A stretch of 14,766 nt of DNA from Opitutales bacterium (GCA_049606355.1 JBMYVL010000015.1:1-14766), one strand, 5' to 3'; positions 1-10,550 are shown, counted from the first letter of the stretch. Notes: generated from the letters alone by a model not told the origin. Numbers and translations: made by a program.

Positions 1-86
1 TCGCAATCGTAACAAAGCGAAGGCAAGGTGGCGGCTCTTGTCACACAGTTGACCGCGGCAGGCGAACTTGCGTCACAATTGCTTAC

Positions 87-140
87 GTTTAACACGACTG
101 TAACATGAACGCCACAGTGCTGCCACATTACGCCTATAAG
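87..140 (+). promoter_or_regulatory. Putative tandem Pho-box-like operator with a -10-like TATAAG, upstream of pstS
   Basis: There are four consecutive 11-nt units: 87-97 gtttaacacga, 98-108 ctgtaacatga, 109-119 acgccacagtg, 120-130 ctgccacatta. ACA is invariant at the same phase in each (92, 103, 114, 125). The CTGT/CTGC heads resemble the enterobacterial CTGTCAT Pho-box half-site, and TTTAACA/TGTAACA resemble the Bacillus PhoP TT(A/T/C)ACA repeats. TATAAG lies at 135-140. The regulator and its consensus in this lineage are unknown to me. Confidence 0.45.
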
Positions 141-209
141 GTGTCGCCAGGCTGCCGCTCGTATGAAGACCAGCGCGCCACTACCATAAACCACATCGTA
201 ACAATAGCT

Positions 210-1037
<828 letters not shown>

Positions 1038-1050
1038 CGCGAACGATTTT

Positions 1051-1083
1051 CCAAGCCACGAGGGTCCTTGCTTCCCGGCAAGG
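1051..1083 (+). terminator. Rho-independent terminator/attenuator after pstS
   Basis: A 10-bp GC-rich stem pairs gggtccttgc (1052-1061) with gcaagggccc (1068-1077), including one G-U pair. The loop is ttcccg, followed directly by TTTTTT (1078-1083). It starts 14 nt after the pstS stop. Confidence 0.8.
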
Positions 1084-1106
1084 GCCCTTTTTTCGCCTTC
1101 GCGCCA

Positions 1107-1142
1107 AAGTAAAGTTTACACAACTGTAACAAAACCCGCCTT
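1107..1142 (+). promoter_or_regulatory. Putative Pho-box-like direct repeat and -10-like TGTAAG upstream of pstC
   Basis: Two 11-nt units, 1107-1117 agtttacacaa and 1118-1128 ctgtaacaaaa, have ACA at 1112 and 1123 (11-bp phase). The core ACTGTAACA is identical to 97-105 upstream of pstS. TGTAAG lies at 1137-1142. The site is downstream of the pstS terminator. Confidence 0.4.
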
Positions 1143-1263
1143 TGTAAGCTTGGCATCAAAATAACTCCACCTATAACCCAAGCGATCCAGTCCGTGCGAT
1201 CCGGCCACTCAACCCGTGTGCCTCCCGTACCGGACTTTACTGCAACGAGAAGCGACCCGCCAC

Positions 1264-3072
<1,809 letters not shown>

Positions 3073-3088
3073 CTGATCCGTATGCACC

Positions 3089-4291
3089 ATGGCCGATTCT
3101 AGATCACATCCCTTTGCGCATCGCCCCTCGCGTACGAAGACCGCCGAGACGGTTCTGACGACTTTCCTGCGCTTGGCGACCTACTGCGTGATTGCGGCGG
3201 CTGGATACATCTTCGTCAACATCGCCATACACGGCTCGAAAGCAGTCTTCACGACCGAGGCACCCTTTATCAATGTCGCCTTCCTGACCCAGAAGCCACA
3301 AACCCTGCACGTCTTTGAGCCGAAAGCGATTGATACCGAGCTGAAACAGATCAATGCCGAAGTACTCGCGCTCAAATCCAAACGCAAGGCACTGAGCTCC
3401 AAAGATCGCGATGCCCGCAAGGCAATTGGCGTGGCCCTCGCCGAGCTCGAAAGTCAAACGCAGCGTCTCGACAGCGAGCGCAAGAGCCGGCGGCTCATGT
3501 ACAGTGATACGGAGTACCGCGCGCTGGAGACGCCACCCTCGCAAAGCGATTACGCCTACAGTACCTACGCTTACAGTGGCGGCGGCATCGGCCCCGCAAT
3601 CATCGGTACCTGCTTGTTGGTGGCTGGCTCCATCGCAATCGCACTGACACTTGGCGTCCTTTGCGCCATTTATCTCAGCGAGTACAGCCGCCCCGGGAGA
3701 ACCCTACAAACGATCCGCCTCTCCATCCTCAATTTATCCGGGGTGCCGTCCATCGTCTTCGGCCTTTTCGGGTTTGGTATGTTTGTCCTCTTCTTCGACT
3801 GGGGTGTCTCGATGATTGCCGGTTGGTTCACATTGGCGATCATGGCATTGCCGGTTATTATTGCCGCGAGCGAGGAATCCATGCGGGCGATTCCCAAGGG
3901 CTTCCGCGAGGGCTCGCTGGCACTTGGTGCATCCAAATGGACGGCCATTCGCACCAACGTCCTACCCTATGCGCTGCCCGGGATTCTCACCTCCTCCATC
4001 ATGGGGATTGCGCGAGTCGCGGGCGAAACGGCGCCCATCATGTTCACCGCAGCCTTTGCGCTCCGCGACCAACTCCCCTGGGAAGGCCTCGACAAACCGA
4101 CCGACTTTTTCTTCCAGGGGGTGATGGCGCTCCCTTACCACATCTACGTGGTCAGTTCGAAAATTCCGCAGAACGAATACACCCGCAACATGCAGTATGG
4201 GGCGGCCTTCGTTTTCTTGTTCATCGTCGGCTTCTTCGCCTTCAGCAGCATTCTCCTACGCATCCAAGTCCGTAAAAAATACAAGTGGTAA
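3089..4291 (+). CDS. pstA: Phosphate ABC transporter permease PstA, with a ~95-aa charged insertion between TM1 and TM2
   Basis: The ATG at 3089 lies 16 nt after the pstC stop. PstA-type core motifs are present: [36 protein letters not shown], the EAA-type loop [39 protein letters not shown], and [13 protein letters not shown]. Confidence 0.85.
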   Translation: MADSRSHPFAHRPSRTKTAETVLTTFLRLATYCVIAAAGYIFVNIAIHGSKAVFTTEAPFINVAFLTQKPQTLHVFEPKAIDTELKQINAEVLALKSKRKALSSKDRDARKAIGVALAELESQTQRLDSERKSRRLMYSDTEYRALETPPSQSDYAYSTYAYSGGGIGPAIIGTCLLVAGSIAIALTLGVLCAIYLSEYSRPGRTLQTIRLSILNLSGVPSIVFGLFGFGMFVLFFDWGVSMIAGWFTLAIMALPVIIAASEESMRAIPKGFREGSLALGASKWTAIRTNVLPYALPGILTSSIMGIARVAGETAPIMFTAAFALRDQLPWEGLDKPTDFFFQGVMALPYHIYVVSSKIPQNEYTRNMQYGAAFVFLFIVGFFAFSSILLRIQVRKKYKW

Positions 4292-4326
4292 GCGCTCGCC
4301 CTGCCCTCCTGTTCAACCTGTCTGCC

Positions 4327-5130
4327 ATGCAATTCGACAAATCCATCTCAGCCAAGCTGCCCACAGCCGCAGCCGACACCATCATTGAAGTGCGCCACTT
4401 CGATTTTTGCTACGGTGACACACAGGCCCTGTTCAACATCAGCATGGACATCCATGAAAAGGAAGTCACCGCATTCATCGGTCCATCGGGTTGCGGCAAG
4501 TCCACCTTCCTGCGCTGCTTCAATCGTATGAACGACCTGATTGATATTGCGCAGATTAAAGGTGGCTCGGTGAAGATCAGCGATATCGATATTTATGGCA
4601 AAGACGTGGATGTCATCGAACTGCGCAAACACGTCGGGATGGTGTTTCAAAAATCGAACCCATTTCCAAAATCGATCTACGACAACATTGCCTATGGATT
4701 GCGGATTCAAGGCATCACCAAAAAAAGCATCCTCGATGATGTGGTTGAAGAGTGCCTGCGTGGAGCGGCTTTATGGGATGAGGTCAAAGACCGCCTGAAT
4801 GAGAGCGCGCTGGGAATGTCCGGCGGGCAACAGCAACGGCTGTGCATCGCCCGGGCTCTCGCGGTTAAGCCCAAAATCCTATTGATGGATGAGCCCTGCT
4901 CGGCCCTCGACCCAATCGCAACCGCTAAGGTCGAAGAGCTGATCCACCAATTAAAGCAGGACTATACCATCGTCATCGTCACGCACAATATGCAGCAAGC
5001 CGCGCGCGTCTCCGACCGCACCGCATTTTTCTACCTGGGTAAATTGATCGAGTATGACGTCACCGATACGATCTTTATGAACCCCAGCGATCCACAAACC
5101 GAAGCCTACATATCCGGGCGTTTTGGTTGA
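4327..5130 (+). CDS. pstB: Phosphate import ATP-binding protein PstB
   Basis: The ORF starts at 4285 (GTG), overlapping the pstA stop; I prefer the ATG at 4327. Motifs present: Walker [10 protein letters not shown], the PstB-typical [36 protein letters not shown] signature [14 protein letters not shown], Walker [14 protein letters not shown], and H-loop [13 protein letters not shown]. Confidence 0.95.
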   Translation: MQFDKSISAKLPTAAADTIIEVRHFDFCYGDTQALFNISMDIHEKEVTAFIGPSGCGKSTFLRCFNRMNDLIDIAQIKGGSVKISDIDIYGKDVDVIELRKHVGMVFQKSNPFPKSIYDNIAYGLRIQGITKKSILDDVVEECLRGAALWDEVKDRLNESALGMSGGQQQRLCIARALAVKPKILLMDEPCSALDPIATAKVEELIHQLKQDYTIVIVTHNMQQAARVSDRTAFFYLGKLIEYDVTDTIFMNPSDPQTEAYISGRFG

Positions 5131-5171
5131 TCTCTCCGCCCAGGCTCCCTACGACTTAATCACCAGTAACT

Positions 5172-5810
5172 ATGAAGCGCTATTTCCACAACGAGCTCGA
5201 CGAATTAAGTAACAAACTCATTCTCCTCGGCGAAAAGGCCAACGAAGCCGCGCGCATGGCAGTCGACGGCTTCCTGGAGAGCGATATCGAAAAGGCGCAA
5301 GCCGCGCTCCAGTTGGATGACGACATCGATGCCTTGGAGCAGGAAATTTCTCACGCATGCGTGCGCTACATCACCCTGCGCTCACCGGTGTCCAGTGATG
5401 TGCGCTTGATGCTCGTCGCGATCAAAGCGAGCCACGACTTCGAACGGGCCGGAGATGAAGCCCACAGTATCGCCAAGAAAGTGAAAAACATCCTGTCGCG
5501 CGATGGTCGCATTGAGGAGGCCGTGGCGATTGCCGAGATGAGTCAACTCGCCTGCGCGATGATGCAGGATGCGATCACCTGCTTCGTCCAGGAAGATCTG
5601 GAAACCGCCCAAGCCATCATTGAGCGGGACAGTGCCGTCGACCGCCTCAATCGGGCCAATTTCAAAACCTTGTCTTCAGATACCCCACATGCGCAGATCA
5701 CGGACCGCACTCGGATTGAGACTATCTTAATTTCAAAGTCGATCGAACGCATCGCGGATCACGCTAAAAATTTGGCGGAGGAAGTGATCTACCTCTTAAC
5801 GGGCGAGTAG
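5172..5810 (+). CDS. phoU: Phosphate signalling/transport accessory protein PhoU
   Basis: This 212-aa all-helical protein has two PhoU-type repeats with conserved acidic motifs ([11 protein letters not shown]...[10 protein letters not shown] and [10 protein letters not shown]...[11 protein letters not shown]). It sits immediately after pstB. Confidence 0.9.
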   Translation: MKRYFHNELDELSNKLILLGEKANEAARMAVDGFLESDIEKAQAALQLDDDIDALEQEISHACVRYITLRSPVSSDVRLMLVAIKASHDFERAGDEAHSIAKKVKNILSRDGRIEEAVAIAEMSQLACAMMQDAITCFVQEDLETAQAIIERDSAVDRLNRANFKTLSSDTPHAQITDRTRIETILISKSIERIADHAKNLAEEVIYLLTGE

Positions 5811-5818
5811 CGCGTAAA

Positions 5819-5857
5819 GTTTACCAGAATTTACCAGTTTCGCCGCAGTTAAGTATC
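5819..5857 (+). promoter_or_regulatory. Direct repeat TTTACCAG x2 (Pho-box-like, weaker) with a -10-like TAAGTAT, upstream of the H1-like gene
   Basis: tttaccag occurs at 5821-5828 and 5831-5838, a 10-bp rather than 11-bp spacing. The preceding gtaaagtttac (5815-5825) is an exact 11-mer copy of 1103-1113 in the pstC upstream box. taagtat lies at 5851-5857. There is no terminator hairpin between phoU and this site. Confidence 0.3.
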
Positions 5858-5955
5858 TTATTTTGGCTTCGTTTCTGCTAAAGATTTTGCATGGAGTGGC
5901 CGTTTCGACGGCGCTCTGTATCGCAACAATGATCTAAACTTGAGAACGACCCAAC

Positions 5956-6561
5956 ATGGCAAAGAAAACCACTACCAAAAAGGTAGCCGCTCCGAAAACC
6001 AGCGCAAAAAAAACGACCGCAGCGAAAAAAGCTCCTGCACCGAAAGCCGTAACCACTAAGGTCACGCCAAAGAAAAAGGCCGCGCCCGCAAAGAAGGCTG
6101 CCAGCAATAAAGTGGCAGCTGCAAAAACAACGGCCACGCCGAAGAAGGCAGCAGCAAGTCAATCGTCCGCGACCGCGAAAGCGCCTGCACGCAAGCAAGC
6201 GCCCGCGACGAAGAAGGCCGTAAAACAAACGCCGGCCGTCACCACGGTCACCAAAACGCTGGCGCCCGCGAAAAAAGCCAAGCCGGCTGCTGCAAAAGCT
6301 AAGCTGACCCGTATCACCGCACGAGTGGATGTGGGCTTCGGCAACCAACTTTACATACGCGGTGAAGGTGCCGGCCTGAGTTGGGATAAAGGTGTGCTTC
6401 TGGAAAACAAGTCGGCCTACGAGTGGGTGTTTGAAACCGCCAAGGCCAACTCAAAAATTGAATATAAATTCCTCATCAACGATGAGCTTTGGGCAGAAGG
6501 GCTCAACCAGGTCGCATTGGGTGGAGCCGCGTCGAGTTCGGCGCCGAATTTCAACTGGTAA
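5956..6561 (+). CDS. Histone-H1-like Lys/Ala-rich protein with a C-terminal CBM20/CBM48-like beta-sandwich domain (hypothetical)
   Basis: The start is ATG at 5956. Residues 1-116 are almost only K/A/P/T/S/V with no Asp or Glu (AKKTTTKKVAAPK..PKKKAAPAKKAA..PAKKAKPAAAKAK). Residues ~117-201 (ITARVDVGFGNQLYIRGEGAGLSWDKGVLLENKSAYEWVFETAKANSKIEYKFLINDELWAEGLNQV) follow the starch-binding-module pattern as I remember it: x-F/A-x-V, G-x-x-hydrophobic-Y/I-x-G, L-G/S-W, W, EYK[FY], W-E-x-G-x-N. A terminator follows. Confidence 0.7.
   Translation: MAKKTTTKKVAAPKTSAKKTTAAKKAPAPKAVTTKVTPKKKAAPAKKAASNKVAAAKTTATPKKAAASQSSATAKAPARKQAPATKKAVKQTPAVTTVTKTLAPAKKAKPAAAKAKLTRITARVDVGFGNQLYIRGEGAGLSWDKGVLLENKSAYEWVFETAKANSKIEYKFLINDELWAEGLNQVALGGAASSSAPNFNW
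5959..6303 (+). repeat. Degenerate Lys/Ala/Pro/Thr low-complexity coding repeat (AKK / PKK / KKAA units)
   Basis: This is the purine-rich aaa/aag/gcn/ccg codon run inside CDS 5956-6561. The units are imperfect, not exact tandem copies. Its mirror image creates the spurious Arg/Gly/Cys-rich antisense ORF 5878-6348. Confidence 0.8.
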
Positions 6562-6586
6562 ATCCATCGGCAGCTGCCAGGTACCC

Positions 6587-6616
6587 AGCCTTTCGTTATT
6601 CGCGAAGGGCTTTTTT
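6587..6616 (+). terminator. Rho-independent terminator after the H1-like gene, abutting the stop of the convergent DUF374 gene
   Basis: A 9-bp stem pairs agcctttcg (6587-6595) with cgaagggct (6603-6611), including one G-U pair. The loop is ttattcg, followed by a run of six T (6611-6616). The T-run overlaps the TAA (6615-6617, minus strand) of the convergent gene. Confidence 0.7.
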
Positions 6617-7307
6617 ATGCTACGCCGTCGGTGTCGCGGTCGGTGGCAATGCGCTGCATCCGTGCCTTCAGCACTTCAGTGGCATCCTGGCCTGCAGCCG
6701 ACCGCACATCCTCGAGACGATCGACGCAGTCAACGCGGACTTCCACAGTCGAGAACGGCAGCGGCAGATAAAACCGATCCCAACTGTTGAGCCGCCAGGC
6801 GGTGCGATAATTAAACGCCAGCAGTACAATCGGCGCACCGGTCTTCACCGCCAAGGCGACCGCGCCCGGCTTCATGTCATACATGGGGCCGCGCGAACCG
6901 TCGGGAGTGATCCCAACATCATAGCCGTCGTGGATCGCAGCGATGAGCTCACGTACCGCCTGCGAGCCGCGGTTGTAACGCGAGCCGCGCACCGGATGCA
7001 TCCCCACCAGTTGCAGGAAGCTGGCTAACCATGCACCATCTTTGCTGGAACTGATTAAAACCGCCTGGCGACGTCGCGAAAAATAACGGCGGTAAAACAC
7101 TGGCACTGCAAAGAGTCGGTTGTGCCAGAGCAAAATTATCGAAGGTGGGTGCGTGCCATCAATAAACGCCTGGACCTCCGGCTCCCAACGAAACCGCAAG
7201 GTGCGCGACCACACCCCCAGAATACCGGCAAGCACGCGCAGGAGACAGCCCTGCAGCCAGCCGAGCTGTCGTGTGGAGCTTTGCTTTCCTGATTCATCGC
7301 CTGCCAT
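6615..7307 (-). CDS. DUF374-family / lysophospholipid-acyltransferase-like protein
   Basis: The ORF runs 6615-7340 with a TTG at 7340; I prefer the ATG at 7307. The pattern matches my memory of DUF374 proteins, which are often found near Kdo transferase genes: LLWHNRLF....[38 protein letters not shown]....[30 protein letters not shown]. The family call is from memory, not from a search. Confidence 0.6.
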   Translation of the reverse strand: MAGDESGKQSSTRQLGWLQGCLLRVLAGILGVWSRTLRFRWEPEVQAFIDGTHPPSIILLWHNRLFAVPVFYRRYFSRRRQAVLISSSKDGAWLASFLQLVGMHPVRGSRYNRGSQAVRELIAAIHDGYDVGITPDGSRGPMYDMKPGAVALAVKTGAPIVLLAFNYRTAWRLNSWDRFYLPLPFSTVEVRVDCVDRLEDVRSAAGQDATEVLKARMQRIATDRDTDGVA

Positions 7308-7395
7308 CGCTGCCCAGCCTCGGATGAAAGACGCCAGCAATCAAGTACAACCAACTCTTGACCCAAAATCGTCTACCTACATCGTCTCGACACTT

Positions 7396-8937
7396 ATGAC
7401 AGCTCAAGTAGCCTCCAACGACCGCCTCATGGAAGAACTGGTCGGCCTGTGCAAGCGCCGTGGTTTCATCTTTCCCTCTTCTGAAATCTACGGGGGCTAC
7501 AATGGGTTTTTCGACTACGGGCCACTGGGGGTCGAACTGCGCAACAACATTAAGCAAGCGTGGTGGCGCGACTTCGTACATCGGCGTGATGACATTGAGG
7601 GCCTCGACTCCTCCATCATCATGCACCCAGCCATTTGGAAAGCATCCGGGCATGTTGATGGTTTCTCCGATCCGATGGTCGACTGCAAAGAATCCAAACT
7701 GCGTTACCGTGCCGACCAACTCTTTATCGCGCCGGTTCACCTCGACGGCGAGAGCGTGGGCTATGTCGCCTTTTTAGAAGGTGCGGACAGCACCACGATC
7801 TACAAGCGCGCGAAGAAACTCCGCGACCTGTTGGGGCGCAAACAGTCCGTCCTGGATGAAAACCAACTCAGCAGCGATCCCACAGAGTTCACCGAGGTAA
7901 CTGCCGAGCAAAGCGCCCAAACACTCGGGCCCGATGCCACAGAAGTCGGCACGCTCACCGAGCCGCGCGAGTTCAAGCTGATGTTTGAAACCAAAGTCGG
8001 CCCGCTTGCCGATGATTCAGCCACGGCTTACCTGCGCCCGGAAACCGCGCAGGGTATTTTTGCCAATTATAAAAACATCGTCGATACCGGTCGGGTGAAG
8101 ATTCCGTTTGGCATCGCGCAAATCGGCAAGGCATTCCGCAACGAAATCACCCCGCGTAATTTTATTTTCCGCTCCCGTGAGTTTGAGCAAATGGAGATCG
8201 AATACTTCATCGCGCCGGATGCCAATTGGCGCGAGCTCCATCGTGCTTGGCTCGATACCTGTATCGACTGGCTGGTCTCGATCGGCCTGCCCAGAGAGGC
8301 GATCACGGAAGACATTCACCCGGAGGACAAACTGGCTTTTTATTCACAAGCCACCACCGACCTCATGTTCCACTTCCCGCATGGTGAGCAGGAGCTGTGG
8401 GGCATCGCCTGCCGCTCGGACTATGATTTGAAGCAACATCAGGAGCACTCGGGCAAGTCCATGGAGATTTTTGATGAGGCCTCCAAGAGTAAATACGTTC
8501 CGCATGTGATCGAACCGTCCCTGGGGGTCGACCGCACCTTGCTGGCGGTACTCACTGCCGCCTATTGCGAAGACGAAGTTCCCAACGACAAAGGCAAGGC
8601 AGAGAAGCGCACGCTCCTCAAGTTTAGCCCGAAGATCGCGCCCTACAAGGCCGCCATCTTCCCGCTCCTCAAGAATAAGCCGGAGCTGGTCGAACGCGCT
8701 CAAGCCATCTATAAAAAGTTACAGCGCCGCTGGAATGTCTTTTACGATGCCTCGGGAGCGATCGGCCGCCGTTACCGCCGGCAGGATGAAATCGGAACAC
8801 CGTTTGGAATCACCATCGACTTTGATACCATTGAAAAGGATGGCAGCGTGACCTTACGCGATCGGGATACGTGCGAGCAGCGCCGTGTTTCGGAAGCTGA
8901 GCTCATGGATTTCCTGGAAGCGCAAATCGAAGGCTAA
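7396..8937 (+). CDS. glyQS: Glycine--tRNA ligase (alpha2 dimeric, class II)
   Basis: The ORF runs 7120-8937, but its first 92 codons overlap the divergent gene and are Arg/Pro/Ser-rich. The ATG at 7396 gives a canonical N-terminus ([31 protein letters not shown]). Other motifs: [58 protein letters not shown], and the anticodon-binding region [11 protein letters not shown]...[19 protein letters not shown]. Confidence 0.95.
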   Translation: MTAQVASNDRLMEELVGLCKRRGFIFPSSEIYGGYNGFFDYGPLGVELRNNIKQAWWRDFVHRRDDIEGLDSSIIMHPAIWKASGHVDGFSDPMVDCKESKLRYRADQLFIAPVHLDGESVGYVAFLEGADSTTIYKRAKKLRDLLGRKQSVLDENQLSSDPTEFTEVTAEQSAQTLGPDATEVGTLTEPREFKLMFETKVGPLADDSATAYLRPETAQGIFANYKNIVDTGRVKIPFGIAQIGKAFRNEITPRNFIFRSREFEQMEIEYFIAPDANWRELHRAWLDTCIDWLVSIGLPREAITEDIHPEDKLAFYSQATTDLMFHFPHGEQELWGIACRSDYDLKQHQEHSGKSMEIFDEASKSKYVPHVIEPSLGVDRTLLAVLTAAYCEDEVPNDKGKAEKRTLLKFSPKIAPYKAAIFPLLKNKPELVERAQAIYKKLQRRWNVFYDASGAIGRRYRRQDEIGTPFGITIDFDTIEKDGSVTLRDRDTCEQRRVSEAELMDFLEAQIEG

Positions 8938-8939
8938 GG

Positions 8940-8966
8940 AGCAGCTCAGTCATGCAGCTAGCTGCT
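8940..8966. terminator. Self-complementary spacer between convergent glyQS and the SET gene (possible bidirectional hairpin, no U-tract)
   Basis: agcagct (8940-8946) pairs with agctgct (8960-8966). Alternatively, the perfect 12-bp palindrome gcagctagctgc (8954-8965) could fold. The whole 28-nt intergenic gap is essentially this structure. Confidence 0.3.
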
Positions 8967-9475
8967 TAGTTGCGCTTCCTGCGCTTCGACTTCGTTTTCT
9001 TGCCTTTCAGCAACTGCTTAACTTTGTGGCGCTGGTCTTCGCGCACAATATACCCAATGCAATTGGCCGCTCCGCATTTGCAGGGGTGATCGAGGAAGTG
9101 CTCCATATCGTAGCCATAATCGTAGACTAATTCTTCGCCCTTCTGAATGGCACGGCGCGCGGTGATCCAAATCTCACTCTCGTCATTGATCGCCTCACAA
9201 TTGCCATCGCAGGAGTGATTCATATAGCGCGCCGGATTATGCCCTTCGCGGCCATCGAGGTCCCACTCCTCATCGAGTTCAAAAATGTACACCAGTCCCT
9301 CGCCGGACTTGCGTGCTTGCTCCTCCCATTCGAGCGCGCGCCGATTGGATTCCTCCTTCGATATTTTTTCGCCCAAGTATTGAATGATTTCTGTGCCCGC
9401 GGCGATAGCTGCCGTGGCATAGAGCCCTCGACCATGGATCGACGATTCACGAACTTCACACAAATTTTTAGCCAT
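8966..9475 (-). CDS. SET-domain protein lysine methyltransferase with a basic C-terminal tail
   Basis: The ORF runs 8966-9547; I prefer the ATG at 9475 ([12 protein letters not shown]...). All SET signatures are visible: [49 protein letters not shown] (NHSC motif), [11 protein letters not shown] (ELxxDY), and the post-SET Cys cluster [12 protein letters not shown]. The C-terminus is [13 protein letters not shown]. Confidence 0.85.
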   Translation of the reverse strand: MAKNLCEVRESSIHGRGLYATAAIAAGTEIIQYLGEKISKEESNRRALEWEEQARKSGEGLVYIFELDEEWDLDGREGHNPARYMNHSCDGNCEAINDESEIWITARRAIQKGEELVYDYGYDMEHFLDHPCKCGAANCIGYIVREDQRHKVKQLLKGKKTKSKRRKRN

Positions 9476-9551
9476 AACTACAAATGATACGGAATGCCAT
9501 AAGGGCTCGCTTCTCCATCCAGGTCGAGATGGAAAACCCCGTCGCACTCAA

Positions 9552-10550
9552 TTATTCACTCTTGAGTTCGCGCGTCATTAAATCCTGCAGGGCACCTAAT
9601 GGTTCCTTCGCCTCATAACAGATGGCATAGACTTGCGCTAGGATCGGAGCCTCCACCTTCTTTTGCGCACACAGCTGCATCAAACACCGTGCCGCGCGAT
9701 AGCCTTCAATCACCGACTTCTGACTTTCGACGATCGACTGCGGGGCTTCACCCTCGCCGATGCGTTGGCCGAAGGTTCGATTACGGCTCCAGTCACCGTT
9801 GCAGGTTGCGACCAAATCGCCGAAGCCACTCAGCCCGTAAAAGGTCGCACGTTGCCCGCCGAGTAATTCACCGAGCACCACCATTTCGCTGAGACTGCGC
9901 GTCAGTAAGGCAGCTTTTGCATTATCACCCAAGTGCAGGCCATCGCAGAGGCCGGCAGCAATCGCATAGATATTTTTCAAAGTGCCGCCCAACTCCGTTC
10001 CTTTGACGTCGTGCGAAAGATAGGAGCGCAAGGTACGGTTACTAAAGGCATCCTGAAAACGAGCTGCCTCTGAAAATTCGGGCGCCACCGCAAACGTCAC
10101 CGCTGTCGGTTGGCCGGCAGCCACTTCGCCCGCATAGCTCGGCCCGGAAAGCACCCCGCAGGGAATGCCCGGGAGCACTTCGCCGACAATTTCACTCGGG
10201 GTTTTAAAGGTATCCAGCTCCAGACCTTTACACAACACAACCAGCAGTTTGAGTTGCCAGGCGGGCGCCAGGTTCTCGACCACCTGTTGACACAGCGCGC
10301 GCAAGCCCTTCGAGGGGCAGGCCAGGATCACGGCCTCCGCTTCCATTAAGACCGGCGCCAACTCATGCCCGATTTGGATGCGGTGCGGGAGCGAAAATCC
10401 CGGCAAGTAGTCGCGATTCTCGCGACTGGAAGCAAGTTCAAGCGCTTGCTCGATCCGACGCGGGACCAAGGTCACCGCGTGCCCACAGCGATCCAAGTGC
10501 AGTGCCATTGCAGTGCCCCACGCACCGGCGCCAAGAATACAGATATTCAT
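9552..10550 (-). CDS. gpsA: NAD(P)H-dependent glycerol-3-phosphate dehydrogenase
   Basis: The start is ATG at 10550. Motifs present: Rossmann N-terminus [44 protein letters not shown], and [13 protein letters not shown]. Confidence 0.95.
   Translation of the reverse strand: MNICILGAGAWGTAMALHLDRCGHAVTLVPRRIEQALELASSRENRDYLPGFSLPHRIQIGHELAPVLMEAEAVILACPSKGLRALCQQVVENLAPAWQLKLLVVLCKGLELDTFKTPSEIVGEVLPGIPCGVLSGPSYAGEVAAGQPTAVTFAVAPEFSEAARFQDAFSNRTLRSYLSHDVKGTELGGTLKNIYAIAAGLCDGLHLGDNAKAALLTRSLSEMVVLGELLGGQRATFYGLSGFGDLVATCNGDWSRNRTFGQRIGEGEAPQSIVESQKSVIEGYRAARCLMQLCAQKKVEAPILAQVYAICYEAKEPLGALQDLMTRELKSE

Noticed and set aside
105-209. Longer pstS start at ATG 105
   Set aside because: It would place 35 non-signal residues in front of an obvious signal peptide and would overlap the phased repeat and -10-like region. 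The ATG at 210 fits better.
3661-4275. 204-aa alternative frame within pstA, and 3104-3544 antisense
   Set aside because: These are off-frame or antisense products rich in Arg/Pro/His/Gly. The pstA frame has the permease EAA loop and TM segments.
5878-6348. 156-aa minus-strand ORF (Arg/Gly/Cys/Phe-rich), plus 5934-6137 and 6159-6344, antisense to the H1-like gene
   Set aside because: These are mirror images of the aaa/aag/gcn codon run. The plus frame has an ATG, a coherent globular C-terminal domain and a downstream terminator.
6489-7028. 179-aa plus-strand ORF (and 6392-6790) antisense to the DUF374 gene
   Set aside because: They have no recognisable motifs and run through the 6587-6616 terminator. 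The minus-strand frame carries the conserved acyltransferase-like pattern.
7120-7395. 92-codon N-terminal extension of the glycyl-tRNA synthetase ORF
   Set aside because: The extension overlaps the divergent DUF374 gene, is Arg/Pro/Ser-rich, and precedes a canonical GlyRS N-terminus that begins at the ATG at 7396.
9476-9547. Longer SET ORF start at 9547 (24 extra residues, [24 protein letters not shown])
   Set aside because: The extension is non-conserved-looking, whereas [17 protein letters not shown] resembles the usual start of minimal bacterial SET proteins. This stays uncertain because the longer start would leave only 4 nt after the gpsA stop.
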